A model generated the notes under the pieces. It had not been told where the DNA came from, searched no databases, and was given only the letters and a program-made list of their open reading frames with translations. Shown one piece after another: positions 12,585 to 24,575 of a stretch of 64,000 nucleotides of DNA; the stretch's first letter is position 1, and every line of letters begins with the position of its first letter. The DNA is from the human T2T-CHM13v2.0 reference genome, Homo sapiens. Made by a program: the position numbers and the translations under genes. The stretch is taken from the NCBI RefSeq assembly GCF_009914755.1, contig NC_060929.1. One strand, 5' to 3'.

Positions 12585-13019
12585 CAGGGATTTAATCAAT
12601 GCAAGCTTATGACCTGCACTTACTAGGAATTCCTCGGTCATGGGGAATAATTGCAATCCCCAATCCCCATCACGAATAGGGTTCAAGAGTTTACCAGCGC
12701 CTGCTGGTGTAGGGGAGGCACACACTGAGCCAGTTGGTGTAGTGCACGTGCAGCCCCAGATATCTATGAGCGTCACAGACCTGTTATTGCCCAATCTTGG
12801 GTCACTGAACACCACTTGTCCTTCTAAGAAGTTGGGGGATGCCGACTGCTCAGGGATCGTGTAACCAGTCACCATGTCAGGGTCTGGTTCCTTATCAGAA
12901 TTAACCAGACAAATCACTCCACCAACTAAGAATGGCCATGCACCACCACCCACAGAATCGAGAAAGAGCTGTCAATCTGTCAATCCCGTCCTTGTCCAGG
13001 CTGGGTGAGGTTTCCCGTG
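12585..13019 (-). pseudogene. 18S rRNA fragment retropseudogene (approximately 18S nt 1252-1687)
   Basis: Reverse complement matches mammalian 18S: CACGGGAAACCTCACCC...GGTGGTGCATGGCC...AATAACAGGTCTGTGA...GCATTGATTAAATCCCTG, with many CpG-decay transitions; no poly-A. Confidence 0.97.
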
Positions 13020-13099
13020 AAGTTTCCAGGTAAGGACTACAGGCTGCCTCCATTTGCATGCTGTCTGCCCCCCACATTTGTGTTCCTCTCCAGGGCATG

Positions 13100-13520
13100 A
13101 GGTCACAGTGGAACAGAAAACCTGTGAGACGTGGCATCAAAATCAAAGTTCAAGACCCAAACCTGCCACTTCTAAGAAGTTTGCCCTCAGGCAAGTCACT
13201 TCATCTGCCTGAATCTCAATTAAGATTCTTCTAAGAATCATAACTGGGGGAAAGTCCTAATTTCAACCTCTTAAGGTTCATGTAAGAATAAAATCAGTCT
13301 GTGGATCTGAGCCTGCTTGCCGATAATAAAAATACCACAGAACATTTATTAAAAACTTAAAATATTCCCGGCACTGGGCTAACCTCTCTTCATGTATTAT
13401 CTCATTTAATTCTCTCGACAACTACCAATGGCAGGTGCTATTATCATCCTAATTTTACAGATGAGTAAGTTAAAATAGGTGTGTAATGTACCCAGAGTCA
13501 CACAGATAGAAAGAGGAGAC
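13100..13520. mobile_element. Two MIR fragments in opposite orientation
   Basis: ggcaagtcacttcatctgcctgaatctc (+) and ctcatttaattctc...attttacagatgag (-). Confidence 0.65.
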
Positions 13521-13669
13521 CCTGAAGGATCCCAAAGCTTAGTCAACCTCAGCTGAGCTACAAAGCCCTGTTTATGTGGATATTGGTGATTTCACCTTAG
13601 GGGATGGAACTTAGAATGCCACGCTTAGCTCTTCTTTTTTCTCTTTTTTCCCTGTTTTTTTCTTTGCTC

Positions 13670-14025
13670 TATTTTTTAAAGTCGTACAATAAAATGTGCC
13701 CTTTTTATGTGCACAATTCTGTGAGTGTTGACAAACGAATATAGCCGTGGAGCCATCAGCAGTCAAGACTGTTCACATCACCACCAGAAACTTCCTTTGT
13801 GCTGCATGGACATTGACCTCTCACCTGCATTCCCTTGCAACCCTGACTGACTCTTTCCCCTGAGGGTTTGCATTTTGCAGAGCCATGTAAATGGAATCAC
13901 AGAGTTCGAGACCTTTTGAGCCCAGCTTCCTTCACTTCACACAGGCGTTTGAGAGTGGTCCGTGTTATTCCATGGATCAAAAGTTTGTTCTTGTTGCCGA
14001 AGCGTATTCCATGGCACACACGGAC
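13670..14025 (-). mobile_element. Old L1 (L1MB/MC-like) 3'-end fragment
   Basis: tacaataaaatgtgccc...tgtaaatggaatcacagag...cttccttcactt: antisense L1M 3' pattern. Confidence 0.7.
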
Positions 14026-17000
14026 CTCTAGCTTTCCTTAAGGAGTGATGGAAACCCTCTATTTCCCAGTAGCTACAGGCCACCTGGTTTCAGGAATTTG
14101 GGCTCCTGAGATCTGAGCAGGAAGCTGGTTTGAGAGGAGAATCTGCGTTAGGATAGAGAAATTCCTTTCCCTCTTACTTCCAGTCCTGACTCCTCCTGAG
14201 AGCCAAGGTAACACTTGGACCCCAAGTGATCATCTGGAGGGTAAAGGATGGGCACTGGGTGTGCTGGGGGTGGGGGGCAGCTCGGCTATGGGCACAGAAG
14301 TGAGACACAGCACATTGTGCCTGCAGGTGAGCTTCACTTTGCCTTCCTCCTCTCCCTTTCTCCTTCCCAGCCCATTTGCACTCCTGTCCTATTTCTTCTT
14401 TCTCACCAGTAAGGGCTGGAAGGATGGGCTTCCAAGGTACCAAAGAATCTGACTTTACCACTAGATTAACCCCTCTATTAACTAACCCACTGCAGATTTT
14501 ACAAATCCCTTGGCACCGTGGCTCTGGAGTTGAGCTCTGGTCTCAGGGTGCTGCTGTGACAAAGGATGCCACAGCCCACAAATTGCAGCCACTAAAAATA
14601 GGCCAAAGTCACCTGGTCTCACTTCTTTAAGTACACGGCTTCTGTGCTTGATCAAAACACCTAGATAATTAGCTCTAAAAGCCTCATTTGAGGGAGGAGG
14701 TAGGTGGGTGGGCTGCCCGTAGGAGGGAAGGCACACAGAAAAGAGAAGCTTGTTAAAATGACAACTCTGTAAAAGAAATGGGGCAGTGAAAGGAGCAGAG
14801 AGGGGAGGAAAAGCAAGGAAAGGAGTCTTGGAAGGGTTGGGAAGGAGGCTTTAAAAATAGTGATGCTGTCAGAGGAAGTAAGACGGAGGTCAGGAGGCAG
14901 GCAGCCCTTTTCCTGGGTGAACTGTCTGGAAAGGAGGCAGAAGCGAGCACGACACGTGGGAGATGCGGTGTGAAGAAAAGGTTATGGGCTACCCACTCTC
15001 TCCTCCTGTAAGTGGTATGGCCGTTCACTCTGTTACCTGGGTCCAAGGCTAAAGTCAAACTCACTGCCTCTTCCTCCCTCTCTCCATGGCTCATGGATTC
15101 CTCCTTATCTGCCTCCTAAATTTCTCTCCCACCCGTGTGGTCTACCCCATGCCATGGTCACTCCCCAGAGGCTCTCCCTTGTCACCTCTCACCTGGGTAT
15201 TTCAGTGGCCTCCAGGTCATCCACCCTCTGGTCTCTCTCTTCCCCCCATATATTTCCTGTATTTCAGCAACAAATCTGTTTCTGCTGGAAAACTCTGAGA
15301 GGCTCCCAATCGCCAGCTGGAGATTCCAGACTCCATAGGGAGACATTTCCCACTCCTCTGAACATGGTCCCAAAGTGACCATTCTAGGACGATTCCTCTC
15401 CAACTCCAACCATACACTCTCCTCGTGGGTCATAAACTGTTGGGCCATGACCTAAATCTTGGGCATGTTCTCTGGTCCCTGGACATTTCAAATATCTGAG
15501 TATTTCAGATACAATTTTTACCTTCTTTTGAAAAATTGGGGGACCCAGAAGCACTGAGCCCACATTTTAAAATGGTAGCACTCTGGTTGGCTCCAGCCCC
15601 CACCATTCTCTAATGTCTGATGCTAGGTTGGTTTCATTCACTTTCATTACCTTTTTGGTCCTATAGACAATGGATCTTGAGACCCCCGACTCTATACTAA
15701 CTGCAGCAAAGGATTAGAGGTGGCAGTCTGGCACCAAGCCCCCACTGGCTCTTGATCTCCATAATACATGATCTTTGTCATGGTGAACTCTTTCTCTATG
15801 CCAGCTGTGATATAAGGTACTGGGCACAGAGATGGGAAAAACACTGCTTGCCCCTGTGGGCTCCAACCAAGCACTTTGAGACCCTTATATCTCTGTTCAT
15901 GCCATTTCCTCTTTCCAGGATGGCTTTCTGTACCTTTTCCATCAGCTAAAGTGGGCATCCTGAATGAACTTTTCCTGATGCCCTCTGTTAGGATTAGCCC
16001 CAGGAACCAGGCCTTCTCCATGGCCTCATGATATCATGCTCAGTCCCACCTAAGGCCTCATATCTGCCTTTTTTTAAAATTCTATTCTAAATTTGTGAGG
16101 ATTAGAACCTATATCCTATTCATTCATTCCCCCTACCCAACTTTCACACATCCCCAAGATTCATTTTTTGCACATAAGAAGTGCTCGGTAAAGTTTTAAA
16201 TGAGATTGATTCAGAAACACCTAAAATCCTTAAACTAATTTTTTTACACATGTAAAAAAAATGCTCATCCCCAATTTTTCTATCCTTGCATTACAGAGAC
16301 ATCATAGAAGCCTGAGAAAGCATTTTAAAGTGCAGTAAAACCTTTCAAATTTGAAATAGTTGAAGAGTGTGGAGGAGTGAATATAAATACATTTTATATA
16401 TTTACATATGTATGTATAAAAGATTAAGTCTGAGGTTTTTAAGAGAACAAATCATCTTTCAGTTTTAGATGTGACAGTATGTCTGCATACTTGAACTAAC
16501 CTTGGGTTTCAGAACTTTGGGGTAAAATTGTCGAGTAGACTTTTCCTCCAACACCCCCCAACTCGTCTTTGTACCCTTAAACATTAGAAGCTGAGTAAGT
16601 TGCCCCAGGGGTCCAGATAAATCTCCCCTGGCTCCCACTGCAGCATCCCTTTGGAGCATGGTCCCGGCTTTCCCAAGAGACAACCTGTTATTCAGCAAGC
16701 CTTCTAGGCTGTAAGACCCAAGAGGGGAAGGACCATATTACATTCCTGCTGTGCACCCTGTTCCCACCTAGGAGGGCTTTGTTAACCAAGTGAATCCACA
16801 TGAGAAAAGGAGAATGAATACTCTGGAGATATGGCACCCACCCTGATTTAATAAACCACAGAGACACAGTGCTTTCCTCTGACAAAATGGCTCTATGATG
16901 ATGCAGATTTCCAAAGCTGGGGTAGACCAGGAAGAGATGTGTTTGCAGGCCTGGGTGTGTGAGTCGGGGGTGAGGGTGGAGGGCTGCATGGGAGCCCCAG

Positions 17001-17566
17001 GTGGAAGGGGCAGTAGAGTATGTCTCTTGGTGTGCTTTTTAAAATAAAACCAGCCTGGGCATTTGATCTTTGAATAAAATTTTGCCTTACAAAATCATTT
17101 TTTCCCTGCTAATGTATTGATTAGTGACATAAAACTCTTGGCAGGATCCTGGACATATTTTATTACACAATTGTTCTATAACTGTTTTTTACTCCTAAGA
17201 AGAGAGTCACAGAATTTTCATTAAAATTATGAAAACATCTTTAAACAATCATAGAAAAATTTAAAAATTAGACACAATTCCACTGTTCTATTACATGAGT
17301 CATCTCCATTTTTCTGCATTTTCTTCCAGTCTTTGTTCATATGCAGACATAATTGTACATATCCCAAAAAGAAACTTGTATTATTTACTAATCATGTATC
17401 ATTGTAACATAAATATTTTTAAATATTGTTTGATAGTTTTTATAATTATAATTTGCAATAGCTGTAGAGTGCATTTCAATAGGTGATGTTGCAGAAGGTA
17501 TTTAACCAGTTCCCTGTAGCTAGACGTGAAAAAATTTTCCTACTGTGAAATAATAACAGTATTTTG

Positions 17567-17858
17567 ATTTTTTTTTTTTTTTTGAGACAGAGTCTTGCCT
17601 TGTCACCCAGGCTGGAGTACAGTGGTACAAGCATAGCTCACTACAGCTTCAAACTCCTGGGCTCAAGCCATCCTCCTGCCTCAGTCTCCCAAGTAGCCAG
17701 GATTAGAGGCATACACCACTGTGCCAGAATTTTTTTTTTCTAGAGACAGAGTTTCACTTTCTTGCCCAGGCTGGTCTCAAACTCCTGGCCTCAAGGGATC
17801 TTCCTGCCTCAGCCTCTTGAATTTCTGGGATTACAGGTATAAGCCACCACACACCACA
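17567..17858 (-). mobile_element. AluJ element
   Basis: Poly-T, gagacagagtcttgcc..., J-type catagctcactacagcttcaaactcctgggctcaag. Confidence 0.95.
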
Positions 17859-17954
17859 TTTAAGTTTTTAAATGTGGTCATTTATGTTATAGCAGCAAGA
17901 AATGCTCTCCAAGCTAAACATTAAACTTAATGTACTTCTTTATGCCTCATAAAC

Positions 17955-18920
17955 TGGGTTAGTTTCTTAGGGCTGCCATAACAAAGAACCAAAAACTGCT
18001 TGATTTAAACCAGCAGTCTCCAACCTTTTTAGCACCTGGGACTGGTTTTGTGGAAGACAATTTTTCCACAGACCAAAAGGGTGGGGGTGCTGGTTTTGGG
18101 ATGATTCAAGCATATTACATTCATTGTGCACTTTATTTCTATTATTATTACACTGTAATATATAATGAAATAATTATCTAGCTCTCCATAATGTCAAATC
18201 AGTGGGATGCCTGAGCTTGTCTTCCTGCAACTATACAGTCCCATCAGGGGTGATGGGAGACGGTGACAGATCATCAGGCATTAGATACTCATAAGGAGTG
18301 CGCAACCTAGATCCCTCACATCTGCACTTCACAATAAGGTTCACACTTTTATAAGAATCTAACGCTGCTGCCAATCTGACAGGAGGTGGGGCTCAGGTGG
18401 TAATGCAAGCAATGGGGAGCGGCTGTAAACACAGATGAAGCTTCGCCTCCTCGCCTGCTGCTGCTCACCTCCTGCTGTGTGACCTGGTTCCTAACAAACT
18501 ACGGACTGTACCAGTCTGTGGCCCAGGGGATGGGGAAGCCTGGTTTAAACCACAGAAAGGCATTCTCTCAGAGCCCTGGAGGCCAGGCCAGAAGTTGGAA
18601 ATGAGGTTGCTGATATCCCTCTGAAGTCTCTGAGGAAGAATCCTTCCTCTCTTCCTCACAGTTTCTGGTGGCTCCCCAGCGTCCCTCACTCCAGTCTCTG
18701 CCTCTGCCTTCACATGGCATCCTCCCTGTCTGTGCATCTCTGTGCATCCCGTCCTCTTCTTATAATGGCACCAGTTATTGAATTTAGGGCTTGCCATCTA
18801 GGATGATTTCATCTCAACATCCTTAACAAATTACATCTGCAAAGATTCTATAGCTGAGTAAGGTAACATTTACAGATGCCCAGGGGTTAGGACCCGCATG
18901 TATCTTTTTGGAGGGTACTA
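17955..18920 (-). mobile_element. MaLR LTR (MLT1B/C-like) interrupted by MER1A
   Basis: ttagtttcttagggctgccataacaaag... resumes at 18551; ttacatctgcaaagatt...aaggtaacatttacag. Confidence 0.8.
18011..18542 (+). mobile_element. MER1A hAT-Charlie DNA transposon
   Basis: cagcagtctccaaccttttt...ggggatggggaagcctg, about 530 bp; 8-bp TSD atttaaac/gtttaaac. Confidence 0.9.
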
Positions 18921-19639
18921 TTAAGCTCTCTCTACGATACCTTCTTGAAAACCTCTTCAAATCCCTGGTACTATAGTCAGGAGCCTGGGAGTGCCCATAT
19001 CCTGCCCTTTCGGCCATTACTGTTCTTCGCAGAATCCTCGAGAGAGACAGACACAAAGAACGGTAATCAAATGGACCACAGCATGCCGGTTTCTACTTGC
19101 CAAACAGGGCCCTCTAAAGAAGCTGGGCTGGAGTGGAATGTCTGACATTTGGCCTTTACCATCCCCTTTACCAAGCCACATGAAGAAAGAAGACAGAAGA
19201 TGGATGCTCTGTCCCAAGGGGCCATTTCTAGTCCCGCCTGCTCTCACAGCCTCATGGAAGAGAAAAGTGGAAGAGGGAGATGCCAGTGACCAAAGGATCA
19301 TCAGCTTTGCTCACTACCTCTGAGATGTGGAGCAAAACAGGAGGCCACTGAGAGGGAACAGGGCCAGGAAAGGCCCAATGCACAGAGACTCTGCCCTGAT
19401 AAATATCTTGCAATAACTGAGCAGATCAGCCACCTCTTCCCCTTAAGGGAAGGACACTGGAAAGGTGTGGCAAGAAAGGCAGGCAGATGAGGAAATGACT
19501 TCACCTAGAGTGATGGTAACACAATTACACAATTGCCATCCATGCATGTACTATGTAGTGTGCATTTAAAACAATTTCATATGCACATTTCTACGTATCT
19601 AGTCTGTATGCTTGTCACTTTCAGTAGCTAATAAAACAG

Positions 19640-20690
19640 CATCAAGAAACTCAAGGCAAAAAGTCATGACCATCTCAACAGATGCCAGATATATACGTAA
19701 TGAAATCCAACACTCATTCCTAATTAAAAAATAAGATAAAAACAAACCTCAGGGAACTTGGAATAAAGTGAAAATTTTATAACCTGATGAAAAGCAGCTA
19801 CCAGAAACCCCTCAGAACATCATCCTTAGTCCTGAAACTTTAGAAGCATTCCTGTTTAATACAGGGCTATTACAAAGATGTCTGCCCAGACCAAGACTGT
19901 TTCACAGAAAAAGTATAAATACCAGAAAAGAAAAGACCATTGCAAGTTACAGATGATTTGCTATCAGCTAAAAATTCAAGAGAATCAACTGAAAAAACTA
20001 CAAGCATCAGTAAGGGAATTCAGTAAGTTCTGTAGTTGAAATGTCTGTGTATCCCCAAGATTCATATGTTGAAATCAAAACCCACAAAGTGATGGTATTA
20101 GGAGGTGGGGTCTTTGGGAGGTGAGTGCAGGGCCTTCATGGATGGGACTCATGCCCTTATAACATCCTAGAGAGTTAGCTAGCCCTGTCAACCACTTTAG
20201 GATACAGCAAGAAGACATGCTCTCTAGACCAGGAAGTGGACCCTCACCAGATACTGAATCTGCTCGCATCTTGATCTTGGACTTCCCAGCCTCCACAACT
20301 ATGAGAAGTAAGTTTCTGTTATTTATAAGCCTCTCATTTTATCGTATCTTGCTATAGCACCCTGAATGGACTGAGACAGTAAGTTAGCCAGATCCATCCA
20401 TCCCACAAATATTTCATGAACACCTACTATGTGCCAGGCATATTTATATATATTCTTTCAAAGAATCCAGAACATGGCAATGAACATAATAAAGTTTCTC
20501 CCCTCATAAAGCTGACATTCCCCTGTAAACAGTTAACATTTAAAAGAATGACAAGAAATACCCAATTAAAAATGTAATGGCAAAAAAGATCCAATTCACA
20601 ATGCCAAAAAGAAATCTAAAACCTCTGGGAATGTATCTATCAGGAAAGGTACAAGGCCTACGAAAAGAACATTTTAAATATCATTGTGTT
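19640..20690 (+). mobile_element. Old L1M ORF2 fragments (interrupted by MLT1A0 and L2)
   Basis: catctcaacagatgccag...atccaacactcattcc...; gcagatgat-like RT motif region near 19945. Confidence 0.65.
20031..20378 (+). mobile_element. MaLR LTR (MLT1A0-like)
   Basis: ccccaagattcatatgttgaaat...gtgatggtattaggaggtgggg...ttgatcttggacttcccagcctcc...gactgagaca. Confidence 0.85.
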
Positions 20691-20989
20691 GGCCAGGCAC
20701 AGTGACTCACGCCTGTAATCCCAGCACTTTGGGAGGCCGAGGCGGGCAGATCACTTGAGGTCAGGAGTTCGAGACCAGCCTGGCCAACATGGCAAAATCC
20801 TGTCTCTACTAAAAAAAAAAAAAAAAAAATTAGCCAGGCGTGGTGACGCATGCCTGCAATCCCAGCTACTCGGAGGCTGAGGCAGGAAATTTGCTTGAGC
20901 CTGGGAAGCGGAGGATTCAGTGAGCCAAGATCATGCCACTGCACTCCAGCCTGGATGACAGAGCGAGACTCTGTCTCAAAAAAAAAAAA
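20691..20989 (+). mobile_element. AluSx-like element
   Basis: Full dimeric Alu, expanded mid A-tract, tcacttgaggtcaggagttcgagaccagcctggccaacatgg. Confidence 0.95.
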
Positions 20990-21514
20990 GTCATTTTGAT
21001 AATGACATTAAGATCATGTTAACCCTCATCATGCTGCCATGATGGTGGTACTGTTGTTACTCTTCCTTGTTTTACAGGTGAAGGTCCAGAGGCTACGAGA
21101 AGTTACAGTCAGGAGCGGAGCAGATGTCAGGACCTTGACTACCAGACACCTGGGCTGAGAATGCAGCCACTGCACCACATCGCCTGCGCCATGCCTTTTA
21201 TTCTATCCCTCAGCTTTGGTCTCCCTACAGGAAAAATGGCAATGCTCACACCACTCTCCCATCTTTGTCATGAATGAATGAATGAAATAGTATATTTAAG
21301 GCACTAACTCAAGGGCGTTAAGTACATACTTGGTAAATACTAGTTCCTTCATTCTAACCAGGAGAGGAATTGAGCTCCCTGAGTCTTTATCAACACATTC
21401 TATGGCATAATGAGAGGGTAAGAGAAGTATTTTCATCATGATCAATCAATACAAGGAAAAATAACTTCAGGAGGCATGTGGGAGAGAGGTGGGCTTTTAA
21501 GTGGGTAAAACCTC

Positions 21515-21705
21515 TATTATACTGACTCGCTTAATGACTCACCGAGCTGTTTGATTTGAGAGACAGCAAATCCGAGGGATGTAAAATGCCGATCTTTCTG
21601 AGTGGCAGTTATTTGTGATTAAATCACAGTGTCTTCTGAAGGAAGGAGGAAGTCACTTTGTCTCCAGAGTGAGGTGAGTCATGGAAAATATCACTTCCAG
21701 GAGAG
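21515..21705. promoter_or_regulatory. Candidate enhancer (AP-1/ETS/NFAT/GFI1 motif cluster in unique DNA)
   Basis: TGACTCA 21535, TGTGATTAAATCACA palindrome 21614, GGAAGT 21648, TGAGTCATGGAAAA 21675, CACTTCC 21692; motif evidence only. Confidence 0.35.
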
Positions 21706-23499
21706 AAGGAAAAAGCCGCAAGTGCAGTTGAAGAGGCACAGGTACCCCGATGGACACTCAGGGAAGCCCCCAACTCCCGAACTAGTCCCAGGAGTTGACT
21801 GTGTTCTTATTTTGCTTTCAGTGTATATTAAATAAAATTAGGAAAATTCAGAAAAGAAGGAAACAATTCTCAGTCCCAGCACCCTAATATACCAATACTA
21901 ACATTTTGATTTATTTCCTTCTAGCTTTTCTCCCTCTCTGCATGTATCTCTTTCTTTGTTTTCATTATTGTAATCTTCCAGTTTTGTACATGGTCTCAGT
22001 GTGAGTAGAAAAATCATAGGATTAGAAACCAGAGATTAAATTTCATCACTTACCAGGTGTCATCTCTGAACTTTAGTTCTCTCTTCTATAAAGAGGAATG
22101 ATAATACCCACCCAAAGCTGTTGTCAGGATTGACAGATAATATAGATACATTGCTGGCATAGAGTAGGCACTCAATAAATGGCCTGGTCCATCCCCTGTG
22201 ACTCAGAACATTCTTTCTGGTTGCAAAGGAAGAGCTGATCTCTCTGGCAGCAGGAAGGGCCAGACATGAGGCTACTCCAAAAGACCTCTCAGCCAAGGTC
22301 AGGAAAACTCTACATAGAGCCTTGCCCAGATTTAGCCTCAGTTCTTTTCCATCTCCAAAAACCTCACTCCTGCGCTCAAATTTCAGTAGGAGAGAACCTG
22401 ATTGGTCAGCTCGGCATCAGATTTGGACCTGTGGTCACTCAACCATGGCTGGAGATGAAGATTGACAGGATCATAGCCAAGCTAGTCATTGTGAATCGAT
22501 AGCCAGTTTAACCGCATTATTTCCACTGATATTTTAATGTGATAGTGTATCAAAGGATTTTTTCAAGTAACTACCCTTTGCTCATGACCCTCATTTTAAT
22601 GCTCCAGAAGTCAGTCAAGGCCATGGACTGCTATTTAGTGGTATATTTTCATCGTTGAAGAGCTAAATTATTTCTAGAATGATACCTTTTGTGGGGGATC
22701 GTAATAAGTATGGGTTTAATTCTTGAGGAATTCCTAGAAACTACCCAGCCTTGAAAGTAATTGAGTCCCACATCGCCTGAATGGATTGATCCATTCTGCA
22801 GAGTGTTTGATTCCCCCATCCTCTGAATGGACATGCCCATCCTGCCTTCCTGTCCTGTCAATGTGCCAGTGCTTTCATGATGTTTTCTGATTTCCTGCCA
22901 AGCAGTCTATGGAACAGTAGACAACATATGACTTACAGAACAGAACGTGACCCAGGTCTTGCCTACAGGTAACATGAAAGCATTCTTTCTCAGCTTTAAA
23001 CTGAGGAGCAGACAACGAGAAAAATATTTGGTGGCTGGAAGTTTGTGAGACTTCATTATCTAAAGCACATTGGGATTTGGGAATGTAAAGAGGATCTTCA
23101 GGCATTTCTTATTTTTACAAGTAACCTAATGGAAATAGTAGTCTCTGAAATCAAGGCTGCACTCACCAATGAGTAACTGGATTTTTCTTAGGGCTAAGAT
23201 TTGATCTACACTGGTTACCTCTACCTACTCAGAATCTCAAATGGCAGAGCTTAGTATTTTTTCATGATTAAATTATTTCTAAAACTGGAAAGTAAATTCT
23301 TTCATTCTTTCTAACTTTCAAAACACAGGCTGAATGATAGTGATGCTGTTCTAAAACATATGGTGTTTCCAGAGAGGAAGCAGGGCTTTTTGGAGACAGA
23401 AAGTTTGAGAACTGCTGATTTCAATTGTTCTGCTATCCATTCACTCAAGAAGCATTTGGGGAGCCCTTTCTACATGCCCAGATCTTTTGCAGCCACAGC

Positions 23500-23870
23500 C
23501 ACTTCCCTCCCTTCCCCTCTCCTTCACCCCTGACTACCACTCATTTGTTCTCTGTTTCTATTATTTGTCATTTTCAGGATGTTACATAAAATAAATCACA
23601 TTGTACCTAACCCTTCGATAGTGATGTTTTACACTCAGCATGCCTTTGAGATCCATTGAACTAGTTCAGTGTTAAGCAGTTCGTTCTTTTTTTTTTACTG
23701 CATAGTATGCGATGGTATGGATATACTACAATTTATTTGACCATCACCCATCAAAGGACATCTGGGGTGTTTTCAGTTTTTTGTCATTATAAATAAAATT
23801 CCTAAGAACCGCTCATGTGCAGGTTTTTGTGTGAACATAAGTATAATTTCTCTGAGATAATTGCGTACGA
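23500..23870 (-). mobile_element. Old L1M 3'-end fragment
   Basis: gcatagtatgcgatggtatggatatactacaattt...aaggacatctggggtgttttcagtt. Confidence 0.75.
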
Positions 23871-24526
23871 GTGCCTGCAGGCTTTCCCCACCCCTTTTAG
23901 GCCATTCCTTTTCTTTCCCCCCCCTTTTTTTTTTTTTTTTTCAGAAGGAGACAAGCTGATTCCATTTTTTTAAATGGAAATTAAGGAGTGTAAAATAGCC
24001 AGTCTTGAAAAAAGAGAACAAAGTTAGAGGACTTATACTGCCTCAAGGTTTACTATTAAGCTATACTAATTAAGACTATTTATACAGCATAAGCATAGAT
24101 ACGTAGATCAATATAGAGTCCAGAAATAGCCCTACACAATGGCCACTTGACTTATGAGGGAGGAGAAGGCATTTTCAATAAATAATGATGGAGCAACCAG
24201 ATACTATGTGGGGAAAAATGAATCCTGACTCATATCCTGACACTATATATAAAAATTAATTTGAGGCGGATTATAAACCTAAATTTAAAAGCTAAGCTTA
24301 TACAAATTCCAGAATAAAATATAGGAGACTATCTTCTCAATAATGAGATAAGCAAATATTTATTAGGGCATTTAAGAAGCACTAAATATAAAATAATGAT
24401 AAATTAGACTTCATCAAAGTTGAGAACAGCTGCTTTTCAGAATATGCCATTAATAAAGCAAATATGTAAGCCAGAGAATGTGAAAACTGTTTGTAATATA
24501 TATGTCTTTCAAATGACTCATATGCA

Positions 24527-24528
<2 letters not shown>

Positions 24529-24572
<44 letters not shown>
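24529..24572. repeat. (TA)n microsatellite
   Basis: About 22 uninterrupted AT units. Confidence 0.97.

Positions 24573-24575
<3 letters not shown>

Noticed and set aside
12543-12953. 136-aa ORF starting MGGGAWPFLVGG
   Set aside because: Familiar spurious translation of 18S rRNA sequence
12585-13019. Functional rRNA gene or rDNA unit
   Set aside because: Only about 435 nt, many substitutions, no ITS/5.8S/28S neighbours
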